From a virus: DNA of 64,000 nucleotides. Position 1 is the first letter of the stretch, and every line of letters begins with the position of its first letter. The position numbers and the translations under genes were made by a program. Shown piece after piece: positions 17,507 through 28,800 of this stretch. Below the pieces are notes generated by a model, which was given only the letters and a program-made list of their open reading frames with translations, was not told the DNA's origin and did no database searches. The DNA lies in IMG/VR virus record IMGVR_UViG_3300032313_000564, positions 4,993-68,992 of that record; one strand, written 5' to 3'.

Positions 17507-17653
17507 CTATTCTCCTACTTCTGCCTTTGCAGGTTCTTCTTGTGAAATCTGTGTTATTTCAGCACGTAGTATAGCAATGTGAGTCTCATACTGTGAGACA
17601 ATCTCGCCAATTCTTTGCTGCAATGCTTGTATTACTAGTTCTGCTTTGTCCAT
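17507..17653 (-). CDS. 48-aa coiled-coil protein (absent from the ORF track)
   Basis: MDKAELVIQALQQRIGEIVSQYETHIAILRAEITQISQEEPAKAEVGE; AGGAG RBS, with TGgTATACT at 17676-17684 upstream. Confidence 0.75.
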   Translation of the reverse strand: MDKAELVIQALQQRIGEIVSQYETHIAILRAEITQISQEEPAKAEVGE

Positions 17654-17684
17654 TATATCTCCTTGATAGATTTACAGTATACCA

Positions 17685-17888
17685 TTATGGGGTATTGGTG
17701 TCTAGGCCATGCAAATGAATATAAGATTCAGTTGTCATTTCTTCTTCTGTTATGCCCTTATGTCTTGCAAACTGCTCTTTTAAAGCCGCTCCACAATCTG
17801 GACAAATTGCATATGCCCAATTGTAATCAATTGAATCTGCATACATATCTTTGTCGTCCATACAAACTGAACACCAAAATCTAAACAT
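17685..17888 (-). CDS. Zn-ribbon hypothetical protein
   Basis: CSVC...CPDCG; TAATG-coupled to the upstream tail gene. Confidence 0.65.
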   Translation of the reverse strand: MFRFWCSVCMDDKDMYADSIDYNWAYAICPDCGAALKEQFARHKGITEEEMTTESYIHLHGLDTNTP

Positions 17889-20626
17889 TATCTGCTCTCC
17901 AATTCTAATATTTTTGCTTCCATTTGTTCTATTTTTAATTTCATATCTCTTACTATCGGGATCAAAAGAAATGCATATTTTTGCTCATTTCTAAATGATG
18001 TTGCTTGTCCTTCCAAATTTCGCTCAACAAAGAATCCTAGGCCAGCATCCTCCATGTCCTCAACAATAGGCCCAAAGTTGTGCGTTCCCCACATTTCGTT
18101 TGGAATACCTTCTATATTATTTTTATAAGTATAAAAATTAACTGGAACATCTAAAATTCTTTCATAATATGCTTTTGGGACTTCATTTATATTTTCTTTA
18201 AATCGTCTTGAAGAGTCAGATACAAATCCGCTTCCCATATGCCTAAACCCAACAGCTCTGACAATGTTCCTAATTTCAGCTGCATAGGTTCTGTCTGAAG
18301 TATCTACAGTAATTCTATTTACGTTGTCAAGTGTATACACTCTAAAGGATTGACCTGAATCTCCATATGGGTTTCCTACTCTCATGCCATAATCTGTTCC
18401 AGACAACCAGCCAATTAGAACCTTATTCCCAAAAAGAATTCTTGGGTTTACGTCTAGCTTTGCAGTAAAATCGGTACCTCCTGTAAGTGTAAAGCCACCA
18501 ATAGTTCCAGATGTAGCGGTTACTGCTCCAGAGAATGATCCAGTTGCTGCACTAAGTGTTCCTGCAAAGGTGGCAGTTCCATCTGACAAAATTGAAAATG
18601 TTGGTACACTATTCTTGTATCCATAGAATCCAGTTCCAGTAAATTTTAGACCGCTGTTTGCGCTTCCGCTAAATATCTCAAGACCTGTTGCATCCGCTGT
18701 AATTTTATTGTCAACAGTACTTTGAACAATATATGTTGATGCATTTAGTTTACTATTTACAGATGTCTTTAAGGCAAATGTCGTGTCTCTTCTGCTTGTC
18801 CATGAAGAACCAGTCCATGTTTTTAATTCATTTCCATTGTCTATATCTATCCACAAGTCACCAGTACGAACTGCTGTTGGTTGAGTGCCTTGAACAAATG
18901 TTGTGTTTTTAGTGGCAAGGCCCGTGCTTAATGTAGTTGAGCTTACATATCCATTTTCAACTGTTGTAAGTCTAGTGTTAACACCACTTACAGTATCTGT
19001 TGTTGCGTAGCCATCAATAGTCGATCCAGTTCCAAGGACTGCGCCTGTTGCATAAAGCTTTCCAGCAGAGCTTACTTTAAATGCTGCATTTGATGATGAT
19101 TGAGACCCCACCCATATTCTAAATGAATCTGTTGCGCTCAGTCTAACTATCGAAGCTAGTGTTCCAGTAGTGTCACCAAGCGTAAGAGTTCCATTGCTGT
19201 CAAGTCTTGTATTGCTGCTATAGATTGATCCAGTAGTCTGAGCTGTGCCATCTATTGTCCATCCACCAATGTAACCTTTACGAGCATCAACTTTTCCATC
19301 TACTTGGCTTATAGATATAGTTTGATTATTGCTTGCGTCATATGCAAATAGACCACTGCTATTAAGCCTTACTCTTGCACCAGTAGACGGAGAAGCTCCA
19401 GCATATAATGAGCCACCACTTAACTGAACATCTCCACTGAATGATCCTCCAGTAGCATTAATTTTTCCTGTAGTGTAAAGATCTGATCCGTCCCAGAATA
19501 AAAAAGCAGAAGGACTACCAACTCTAAACTGCCCAGTGTTAAGCCAATAATTGTGACCAAAGTTTGTTGTAGACTTATTAAGAATTATTCCACTATATGT
19601 TCCAGCAGTTTGTGATGGGGTAATAGTTGTTGAAGTATTTATTGATTGCGCTATACCAGTTCCTATTTTAAATAGGTCGGCAGTTTTTCCTCCGATAGAT
19701 AATATTGAGCGAAGCTGTGCAAAAGCATCCGCTGGAGCATTTGCATCTACAATCGGTCCAACTGTTCCAGACTGTGCGCCAACCCACGTCAATGCATTAT
19801 AAGGACTCTTTGCAGTTACCTGCCAATAATATAAGGTGTTTGGTATTAATCCAGTTATGTCAAAAGTTGTTGTGGACTTGCCGTCAACCTGTCCGTATTC
19901 CCATAACGGGTTTGGTGTCGATGCTGGATTTTGAGTTGTCCATCTTAATACGTAACCAGAAGTATTTGTATCTGCGTTTGCAGACCAGGATGCTGTTAAC
20001 TTTCCGCTAAACCCGCTTTTATCATTTTGATCTATAGACCCAGTTACTGAAACAGAAGATGGAGCTGATGGCGGAGTAGATGTGTCTGGGTCTGCATTTT
20101 GTGGTGTTACTGGCCCAGCTATTGCTGAAGATCTATTTACATCTAACCATTTGTCTCTTGTTACAACCTTAACCCATCTTGGTACAAAGTTTGAAGTATT
20201 AACGAACAAACTATTTGATGTTCCAACCCAAACAATATATTCTTCTCCGCCAAAAACACCAGTAAGACTTTCATAAACAATGATGTCTTCATGCTCACTT
20301 AATGGAGCAGTATCAAATTTTACACCGTATCCTTTTATGCCTGGGGTTACAACTAAATTTGTTACTGGTAGTGTGTTGTTTGGTATATCAAAGGTAGTCT
20401 CTATCCATGGGGATCTTGGGCCTTCTGTAGTTGCTCCAGTTTCAGGATCTTTATAGCGATAAGCAGCCTGTAATTTATATTTTTTATATGCCACAAGTGG
20501 CATGTCAACTGTAACTGTATATGAATCTGCAGAAGTTTCTGTTGCTGCAGCTTTTGCTTCCTCTGTAGTTTTTGCAAGATCTGGTGGATTATACATCAAC
20601 CACTCTCTGTCGTATGCACCTGCCAT
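17888..20626 (-). CDS. Tail fibre/spike with FN3 domains and a C-terminal intramolecular chaperone (peptidase S74)
   Basis: FN3 motif (PSAPSSV...W...Y...GLIPNTLYYWQVTA), GTIGGF repeats, SSRRFKENI...GPIVED and a terminal coiled coil. Confidence 0.8.
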   Translation of the reverse strand: MAGAYDREWLMYNPPDLAKTTEEAKAAATETSADSYTVTVDMPLVAYKKYKLQAAYRYKDPETGATTEGPRSPWIETTFDIPNNTLPVTNLVVTPGIKGYGVKFDTAPLSEHEDIIVYESLTGVFGGEEYIVWVGTSNSLFVNTSNFVPRWVKVVTRDKWLDVNRSSAIAGPVTPQNADPDTSTPPSAPSSVSVTGSIDQNDKSGFSGKLTASWSANADTNTSGYVLRWTTQNPASTPNPLWEYGQVDGKSTTTFDITGLIPNTLYYWQVTAKSPYNALTWVGAQSGTVGPIVDANAPADAFAQLRSILSIGGKTADLFKIGTGIAQSINTSTTITPSQTAGTYSGIILNKSTTNFGHNYWLNTGQFRVGSPSAFLFWDGSDLYTTGKINATGGSFSGDVQLSGGSLYAGASPSTGARVRLNSSGLFAYDASNNQTISISQVDGKVDARKGYIGGWTIDGTAQTTGSIYSSNTRLDSNGTLTLGDTTGTLASIVRLSATDSFRIWVGSQSSSNAAFKVSSAGKLYATGAVLGTGSTIDGYATTDTVSGVNTRLTTVENGYVSSTTLSTGLATKNTTFVQGTQPTAVRTGDLWIDIDNGNELKTWTGSSWTSRRDTTFALKTSVNSKLNASTYIVQSTVDNKITADATGLEIFSGSANSGLKFTGTGFYGYKNSVPTFSILSDGTATFAGTLSAATGSFSGAVTATSGTIGGFTLTGGTDFTAKLDVNPRILFGNKVLIGWLSGTDYGMRVGNPYGDSGQSFRVYTLDNVNRITVDTSDRTYAAEIRNIVRAVGFRHMGSGFVSDSSRRFKENINEVPKAYYERILDVPVNFYTYKNNIEGIPNEMWGTHNFGPIVEDMEDAGLGFFVERNLEGQATSFRNEQKYAFLLIPIVRDMKLKIEQMEAKILELESR

Positions 20627-21595
20627 TTAAAAATTAATTCCTAATCTGTATTCAATATCCATTTCTTTTCCAAGTGTTTTAATCTGAGGAGATGAAAGTA
20701 CAGATCTGCTTATCATTCCGTAATCAGTTCTAAATGAATCTTCATCGTTAATCCTTAGCCCGTCAAACAAAACATTTGACGTTGCAGAGGGGTTTGCTTT
20801 TGCCCCAACAGATATTTTAATTATTGATTGCGTTGGGGAACCAACATTAAACCCTGCTGTATTGCTTTGAGTCAAGTTGTCATAAAGATATTTAAAATTT
20901 AGCTTTGCTAATTTATTGCCTATCGATGAACCATTAAATCTTGCTTCGTAGTAATCTGAATCTGAGCTATAAAATCTAATAAAAACATACTGAAGATTTA
21001 AATCTGACTGTCTATATGATAAAGTTATACTATCTTCGCTGCTATACCCAGATAAATCAAGCTCTGTTGCGTACGTATATTGTTTTGCCGCTCCACTTGT
21101 TGATGTTAACGATATCCATTTTGTTCCAATTGATGGGGGTGGGCTAGACGTTTGTGTTGCTGGTGTTGATCCGTCAAGCCAAAGAGTGTTATTTTCAAAA
21201 GTTGAAATAATTTTACTCTGGTAATCAGTGTCATTAAATCCAATAGATGGGAACAGCCCAACTTCATTAATGTATCCAGAAACATCTACTGGCAATGTTG
21301 TTTTATATACTACTGCATAAGAAGTTAAACCAGTTGCAGAACTGGTTTGTATGTCTGCACTTTGAACAGAAGCCCTTGACTTATAAAATTCAAACCCAAG
21401 CTGAGTATCATTTGCTGTAGGAGAGGCTGAGCCTATTCCGATTGCAATATCTTTTGCCTGTGTATTATTTGAGCCAGCAAGATACTGCGTAAGGTATCTT
21501 TTGCCAAATTTAGTAAGCAAATTTTTGCTTCTATATATCTCTTTTCCATCTTCATAAAAGATATAAGTTCCGTACATGCTAATACTATATTCCAT
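20627..21595 (-). CDS. Minor tail/baseplate protein
   Basis: NLLTKFG...IAIGIG...DTQLGFE...INEVGLF baseplate/fibre-attachment motif. Confidence 0.7.
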   Translation of the reverse strand: MEYSISMYGTYIFYEDGKEIYRSKNLLTKFGKRYLTQYLAGSNNTQAKDIAIGIGSASPTANDTQLGFEFYKSRASVQSADIQTSSATGLTSYAVVYKTTLPVDVSGYINEVGLFPSIGFNDTDYQSKIISTFENNTLWLDGSTPATQTSSPPPSIGTKWISLTSTSGAAKQYTYATELDLSGYSSEDSITLSYRQSDLNLQYVFIRFYSSDSDYYEARFNGSSIGNKLAKLNFKYLYDNLTQSNTAGFNVGSPTQSIIKISVGAKANPSATSNVLFDGLRINDEDSFRTDYGMISRSVLSSPQIKTLGKEMDIEYRLGINF

Positions 21596-21935
21596 ATGCT
21601 TTAGCTCCCACTACTGAATCACCAACACTGTTTTTTACATTTATTGTAAATCTAACAAAATCGTTTTTATTTCCGTCTCTAACCTTTTCTTTTTTTACTA
21701 TAGTAATATCAGACAAGCTTGGTGCAACCATAGAACCATCTTTGTCGTCATCATCGTCATCATCATCTTCGTCGTCTTCTGGAGGCAAGACACCTTCTTT
21801 AAATTTGCCAGAAAGTGTATTTTTGGGCACTACGTTAACAAGCTCTGGCTTTAATACTGCAATTAATGGGTCACCTTCAACAAGGGTGTATTTTGCAGAC
21901 CTTAATATCTTGCCAACTGGAGTATCATTTCCCAT
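21585..21935 (-). CDS. Hypothetical tail-region protein with a poly-Asp linker
   Basis: 116 aa containing an EDDEDDDDDDDDKD tract. Confidence 0.7.
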   Translation of the reverse strand: MGNDTPVGKILRSAKYTLVEGDPLIAVLKPELVNVVPKNTLSGKFKEGVLPPEDDEDDDDDDDDKDGSMVAPSLSDITIVKKEKVRDGNKNDFVRFTINVKNSVGDSVVGAKAYGI

Positions 21936-21947
21936 TTTATTTCCCCT

Positions 21948-24900
21948 TTATGCCTGACTGTAAATTGATCGTGCCACAATTGAAGTAGTTCCGCCTAATT
22001 CAGATGAACTACCAACTTCTATGATAACATATTTTATAACACTTTGTCCAACATCTTCAGATGAATATAAGTAGTTGGACGGGTAAGAAACCTCTATAAT
22101 GTCACCGATCTGCAGCAATGGGTTAAAAAATGTTTCTATGCTTATAACTCTTTGTTGTTTTGACCATTGTGCCCTTATCCAGTCATGTAGTTCTTTTGCC
22201 TCTGTTTCTTTTTGGAGCCAGGTCGAGTCAAATGCAATACCCTGTTTTTTATCTTCATCAGTTAACTTTGGATCTATGTACTCAAATGGGTCTTTTGGAA
22301 GAACGTAATCTCCTACCACTATTAATCTTTTATCTCCCCCGTCTGACATTTCTGTAAATGCGCCAGAATTATTTAAAACAAATACATCCATTGAAAAAGC
22401 GTCCAGCGACTCCCCAACAATCGTAACATTTGGATTTAGTATAACTTCAGTGTATTTTGGGGATGCTGGGGAATAAGTGTATCTAGTCTGTATTCTTTTT
22501 AGCTCTCTTGCTACTGGCCCAAACTCTTTTACCCATAAAGTAGAGTCTGAAGGATTTGTTTTTCCAGAAAATACAAAATCTGAAAACATTCTTACTAAAG
22601 AGGAGTTTGCAGCGAACAGCCCCTTGTATACGCTATATGGATTATTTTGAGTATACTCTTCTTCTGAAATTGTTTGTGCGTATACATAATCATATGATAC
22701 TGGCCCCTGAAATGAAGTAAGGGCAAACTTATTTGTAATCTCTAAAGGAGTTTTATCATGTATTGCAAATACAGTATTATTAAATACAACCTTAAAAACT
22801 AGGTTTTTTTCTGATCCATTTTTAATAGTTCTATTTACTTTTATGTCTAGCCTGTATAGCTCTCCGCCATTTACTCCTGTAATTTTAGAATTACCTGCGT
22901 TTGTTTGTGTGTCAGCTAGCTCTACCAATTTACCATTAACAATCTTATACATTGTTACATCTCTATAATTTTTATCCTTGGTTACATTTTGGCTTGTATT
23001 TACACATAAAAAATAACCAGAAGTGTTGTCTGAATTTAAACAAAAAGCTATTCCGCCTTTAGTTCTTTGCTCTGCAGTATCTTGTCCGCTTGCATCTTTT
23101 ATAAGTGGAAAATACATGCTTGTTCCTATTATAAAATTATTACTAGCCCAATTAGCTCCATCTTTTGTATATGTAGTTACTGGTCCGCCAGCTAAATTTT
23201 TATCCATAGAGTTTGGATATACCATTGTAAGCAAGTCATTATCTACATATCCTTTGTATACAGTGTTTGTTACTGGATCTGTTATATCTTTAACTACAGT
23301 ATTTGGTGAGAATATAGTCATCATTGATCTTGCTATGTCTTGGGAAAAATTCCATTTCCATGCGTTATCTTTTGCTGGTATAGAATCTAAAGTAAAGTTG
23401 CTTGTATTTGGAACCGCTGTTCCATTGGTTGTATTCAACACTGAGCCAGACCATTCAGATTTTAATGCTGCGGTATTAATGCTATGATCAGCTGGAGCAT
23501 TTAATATACCAAAAGCATTTCTTTGTTTAATTCTATATTGTTTTTCTGGTTTAAATGTATTAGGCTCAGAAAGCCCCTCCCACTTACTAATATCAGCATC
23601 GCTTGTCACCCATATATATTTAATATTACCGACAGATGTTCCTATTGGCTGATACTGAAATTTAATTGCATCGTATTCGATTACTTCTTGTTCTACTACA
23701 AGGTATCCAGAAAATGAATTTAGCTTTGTAGCGTAACCATCAACAATTACTGGCTCAAGGCTTATGACTCCAAATGGTGCTGCGCCAGTGCCCTGTAAGT
23801 CTGGCTCAGGCGTTGCTACGGCTGGTAGGGGTGCTATCAATGCGGCTGCTCCAAGTACTGTTATTGGCGCATCATATAAATCATCTGCATCTCCTCCATT
23901 GTAATTAGAAGATAACCTTGGGGTGTATATAATTTTAACAGCTTTTACAGAAGGCACATCAGTAGAAGACAAGCTGATTATGTTTGATAAGTTAGATCCG
24001 TTTGTATCGTATCTAAATTTAAAATCCGTAGTTGTTCCATCAAATATATACTCTCTAGTATAAAATTGAAGTACGTTATTTTCATCAAAGGTAGCAATCA
24101 TTTGAGTGTCTCTACACAGATCTTGTATATGCTCCCAAACTGTTTTGCCTGGATCTGTGTACCAATAATATGGCCTAATGCTAGATTTATCTTTATCTGT
24201 TTTATTAAATTTATATGTTGTGAATCCTATTGAATCCAGCAGTCTCCTTATAATTGCCTGCGACGAAGAATCTTTAATTACAATATCTGGTGGGAATATT
24301 TCTTGTAGCTCTTTTGCTCCATCCAATGCCTGTGCTGTAAGATTACCATTTTCATCTACACTATATTCGGACAAAAAGTATGTTCCCTGTTTTATTTTTT
24401 CAGAATCAATCATATAAAATGGAGTGACTATTGCATCTCTATAAAAATTAGCTTTTGCATAATTAAATGCATACTGCTTGTCATATAAGAAATAAGATCT
24501 GTCAAAAAAATTAAATAAAAGTTCTGACATGTTTGACGTTACATTTCCTACTGGAAGAAGTCCATCTGGGGAATCAGAGGCTTGCTTCTTAATTGTAAAT
24601 GATACAAGGTCTGAAGAAAGGTCTTTAACAAATCTTCCAGACATTTCAATAATTCCAACATATCCTCCAGATACAGTTACTGTGTTTATTTGAAGAGACA
24701 TCTTGCTTATATTTATTGGTGTGCTCGGTGTAGTAAATTCTGTAGTTGACCATGAGGATCCATTGTAGTATAAATTTAATATTCCATTTGCTGGTATAGT
24801 AGCTGTAGCATTTGTTGCAATTGTAATTTCTGATCCAGTTATAGGTGTGGCTTTTATGGACCAAGTAGCTGGAAGCCCGTGAGATGATTCAAATTTAACA

Positions 24901-25370
24901 ACAACTTTGTTTACAGCTGCTGTTTTTGCAGATGGGTAATTAACATCTATTATACAATTTGATAAAGCTGTTCCAGATGCTTTTGGAGTAATCCAGTATT
25001 TATACGATGTTTTTATTCCAGGTAAATACATTCTTGTTGTAAATGCAGTATCTGCAGAATACTTAATTGTTTTTTGAGCCCCTGGGTCTCCTAATATAAA
25101 ATATTGAATTCCAGATGCTTGTGGTCTTCTTGGTATAATTATTGAAGTAAGTGGAAACAGTTTTGTAAAAGGTTTATACTTTGATCCATCAGATGCTGTT
25201 TTTTCTACATCTAAACTTCCTGCTGGATTATCAGCAGTTCCTCCTGGACCCCTAACTGTAACTCCATCAATAATGTCGTTCATGTTATATTCTATCCAAC
25301 ATTTTGGAGTATATTCAATTGAATTGGATTGATTAATTTTATTAAGCGTTATTGGGTATGGGGATAACAT
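21948..25370 (-). CDS. Large minor tail protein (tail tip/hub)
   Basis: 1140 aa; second gene after the TMP; C-terminal NPLLQIGDIIEV hub motif. Confidence 0.75.
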   Translation of the reverse strand: MLSPYPITLNKINQSNSIEYTPKCWIEYNMNDIIDGVTVRGPGGTADNPAGSLDVEKTASDGSKYKPFTKLFPLTSIIIPRRPQASGIQYFILGDPGAQKTIKYSADTAFTTRMYLPGIKTSYKYWITPKASGTALSNCIIDVNYPSAKTAAVNKVVVKFESSHGLPATWSIKATPITGSEITIATNATATIPANGILNLYYNGSSWSTTEFTTPSTPINISKMSLQINTVTVSGGYVGIIEMSGRFVKDLSSDLVSFTIKKQASDSPDGLLPVGNVTSNMSELLFNFFDRSYFLYDKQYAFNYAKANFYRDAIVTPFYMIDSEKIKQGTYFLSEYSVDENGNLTAQALDGAKELQEIFPPDIVIKDSSSQAIIRRLLDSIGFTTYKFNKTDKDKSSIRPYYWYTDPGKTVWEHIQDLCRDTQMIATFDENNVLQFYTREYIFDGTTTDFKFRYDTNGSNLSNIISLSSTDVPSVKAVKIIYTPRLSSNYNGGDADDLYDAPITVLGAAALIAPLPAVATPEPDLQGTGAAPFGVISLEPVIVDGYATKLNSFSGYLVVEQEVIEYDAIKFQYQPIGTSVGNIKYIWVTSDADISKWEGLSEPNTFKPEKQYRIKQRNAFGILNAPADHSINTAALKSEWSGSVLNTTNGTAVPNTSNFTLDSIPAKDNAWKWNFSQDIARSMMTIFSPNTVVKDITDPVTNTVYKGYVDNDLLTMVYPNSMDKNLAGGPVTTYTKDGANWASNNFIIGTSMYFPLIKDASGQDTAEQRTKGGIAFCLNSDNTSGYFLCVNTSQNVTKDKNYRDVTMYKIVNGKLVELADTQTNAGNSKITGVNGGELYRLDIKVNRTIKNGSEKNLVFKVVFNNTVFAIHDKTPLEITNKFALTSFQGPVSYDYVYAQTISEEEYTQNNPYSVYKGLFAANSSLVRMFSDFVFSGKTNPSDSTLWVKEFGPVARELKRIQTRYTYSPASPKYTEVILNPNVTIVGESLDAFSMDVFVLNNSGAFTEMSDGGDKRLIVVGDYVLPKDPFEYIDPKLTDEDKKQGIAFDSTWLQKETEAKELHDWIRAQWSKQQRVISIETFFNPLLQIGDIIEVSYPSNYLYSSEDVGQSVIKYVIIEVGSSSELGGTTSIVARSIYSQA

Positions 25371-25819
25371 TAAACTTCTTCCAGGCTTATATTAGCATCC
25401 CAAAATTCTTGAGCGACGTCAGTGCTTTTTTCTTTTACATTTCTTTTTACAACAGTAAATGAGCATGATGAAAAAAATGCATTAAATATTTCTTCCCTGA
25501 CTCCGTTGTAAGATACCTTTACTCTAAATGCAGATTTGCCAGTTGTTAAATAGAAATTTCTAAGCTCCCATGCTCCGTATCCGCCATCAACAGTCATTGT
25601 TGCATATGATGGAAGCATGCTCCAAGAAGCAGATATAGTTTTCTTATCAGCAATCCATAATTTTCTAAGAGACCCGTTTGCCATTCTTTGGCTTTGTTCG
25701 TGCCTATATGTTTCAATTGATACTGGCGATCTATTGTGTTCAGATAATTTAATCCATGTATTAGAATTTGGGGTGGACTCAAAATATAGTATTGATCCTA
25801 CTGGTAGAGTTAATGTCAT
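25370..25819 (-). CDS. Distal tail protein-like
   Basis: Directly after the TMP; RMANGSLR...SWSMLP motif. Confidence 0.7.
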   Translation of the reverse strand: MTLTLPVGSILYFESTPNSNTWIKLSEHNRSPVSIETYRHEQSQRMANGSLRKLWIADKKTISASWSMLPSYATMTVDGGYGAWELRNFYLTTGKSAFRVKVSYNGVREEIFNAFFSSCSFTVVKRNVKEKSTDVAQEFWDANISLEEV

Positions 25820-28800
25820 TTGCTAGCCACCTTAATGTTTTTGCTTTCTCCTACCATTTTAACATTATTCTTTGTTACTGATTGGAATATCTTTACGGCA
25901 GCTTCGCTAGCCTTTCTAACAAGCTGATCCTCATTCATTCCTGGGGTAGCGTGTATATGCTGTGTATAATTTAAGGTTTGAGCTCCTCCAGAAGATGAGC
26001 CCACTGGAGAAAGATTTGCCTTCTTAATATCAAATTTAGGAGAAGCATATGGGATGCTACTTATATTAGGGATAATCATATTTCTATATGCTATCTCTGG
26101 CCCTTCATCTCCAACAATAGTAGGGACTCTTGGGTTAAGCTTCATTGTTCCCTTACCAGCTCTTACAACTGGACCAACTTCATTATTTTTAAATGAGTGG
26201 GTTCTCTTTCCGCCATCTTTTTCAACTGCGTATGTTTTGCCAGCATATTCAAAAATCCAATACTGGGCTCCATTTGCGGCAATGTACTGTCTGGTTTGTT
26301 TTCCAGTTGCAGCTTTTTGTGCAACTTCTTTTAATGAGCCGTCGGTTCTACTAAATGATGCTGCATCTACACCAAATGATTCTCCAGCCTTAGTTTTTAC
26401 ATATCCAGTGCTGCTTCCTTCTGAACTTAATTTAATAGACTTGCCAGTTATAAATAAGTTTTCTATCTTTGCATTTTTTAAAGAATCTGTTATTGCAGAC
26501 ATTATTCCATTTTTAGGATCTGTAAACTGTGAGACTGCGGAGCTGACGGCATCCATTCCATCTTTAACCTTAACACCAGCAACCTTTAAATTGTTGCTTA
26601 CTACTGCCGCTTGTCTCTGAGCAGCCTTGGATTCTTTTACATAAGTTGCAATATCTTTACCTGCAGCAAATGCATTAATTGCAAGCGCAAGCATAGATCC
26701 GTTTACGTCATCAATTTCTTTCTTTTGCTTAACAATTGAATCATTTAGTTTTGACAAGCCTTCTGATGCTATTACAGCTGCATCATTTAATTTTTCGTTT
26801 TTATTATTAAGGGCATCAATTTTAGATTGAGGCTTAACATTTGCAGCATCTCTAGCATTTTCAATTGCTGCGACTTGTGAGTTGTACTGCATTGTTGACT
26901 GGTAGCCCTTAATGTCTAATTGATACTGCTGTGCTTTTGCGGTATCTCCAGTTGCTACAGCCTGATTATATCCGAGCTTAGCCTTTTCAATTTCTCTGGC
27001 CAGGTCGCCTTCGGTCTTAGCAATATCTAATGCTTTTAGTCTAGCGTCAGCAAGCTTATTATTTAAATCAATTTCTTTTTGTAATGCCTTGATTGCATCT
27101 CTAGTTTTTATTTGTGAGGCTGCTGATTGTCCCTTGGCAGCTGACATTAATTTCTTTTGCTGTGCGGTTAGTTTCTCAAGATTATTGTACTGCTTTTCAA
27201 GCAATCCGCCAGAGCCAGAGTTAGCAGTCTCTATTGCGGTTTGCATTGCTGTTCCAGCAGACACTAGGCCTGCCACCTGAACAGCATTTAGTCTTGACAG
27301 GTCTCCAGCATATCCCTGAGTTGTTAATCTTATTTTTTGCCACAAGCTGATAACAGTATCTTGTTCACTAGCAAATTCACGAATTGCTGGGTTTGTTTTT
27401 TCTAGTTCTGCTAGGGTCTCTTCTGTTATTGTAACCCCACGCTCCTTAGATTGGTTAACTTGATTTGTTACCTGTAGCTCTGCCTGAAGCTGAGTTAGAA
27501 CTTCCTTCTTGCCAGACTTATCTGCGCTAGCAGCTTTTCTGCTCTTGTCTATAGCTTCTTGAACAGCGGTGTCCATTGCAGTCATTGCGGTCTGTACAGT
27601 TCCAGCGCCTTCTCTTCCTCCTTGCTTCGAGGTGCGAGCATAAGAGCTTACTGCATATCTTGCTGTTGTCTGTGCGTCAGTCATGCTATTAAATGCACTA
27701 TTTTTTACAGTTGAGGCTAGGGCAGCAGATCCCTTTTCTGAAACCTTAAACATAGCATAAATCTTTTTAGTTGCTTCATCTGCAGATAAGCCAGCTGCTA
27801 TTAGTTGTGCCTTTAAGTCTGTTGCAACATTTTGTAGGTTGCCAGAGCCAGATGTTTGATTTATTAATTTAATTTGATCAGCATATGTAGACTTGACTTC
27901 TTTTCTAAGCTTCTTATATTCCTCAATTGTCATTTCAATTGGTAGCTTAGCCGACATCATGCTATCGTAAACTAAAGCATTTGCTTCTTTTAAAGCCTTG
28001 GCATCTTCAATTGTTGTCTTCATCTTTTGATTGTAGTCTGTAAACTTTAATCCAGCTTTTTGTGCCGCTTCTCCAGTGAGAGAATACTGAGTCATTCCAA
28101 TTCTTAAATGCTCGTTATGATCGGACCATCTCTTTATACCAAGGGCAACTGCTGCAGTCACTACTCCAATACCTATACCTACTGGATTTAATAGCAGTGG
28201 TAATCTAGAAAGTATTCCGCCAACTTTGCTTAATACGCCTGCAAACTTTCCACCGCTTGAGCCTAGTGCTGCTAATTTAGCGGACATCTTTTCCATGGCT
28301 GGGAATGATTTAGTAAATTTACTTGGCAGCTTTGATGCTGCATCTCCTGCTACATCTGCACCATCTCCTGCAGATTTACCCCTACGCATGTAAGGCAGGC
28401 CTCCGACTAATCCTGACAGCAACATTCCGCCAATCATTCCGCCTGTGTCTCCGCCAATCATAGAGCCCAGCATGTTGCCGCCCATAAATCCTGCTGAAGA
28501 AAGCAAGCTGCTTCCAATAAGTTTTCCTACTTCTCCGCCTCCAGCATATCCTGGAATTATACCCCCAGAATTTTTAGGAACAAATATCTCTGGTCCCTTT
28601 TCGCCTACAAGGTATGGCCTTCCTGCGTTTACTGGACCGCCCTTTTCACGAGCTGCATCATAAACTGCTTCTACCTGTATCTTGTTTTTTTCTGCAGATA
28701 CAACTCTAAACTTTCCGCCCATGTAAACTTCACTTTCATTTACTTTTACTGGACCACGTGGGGACTGAAATGTAAGATCTGGAAATATTTCTGATGCTGC

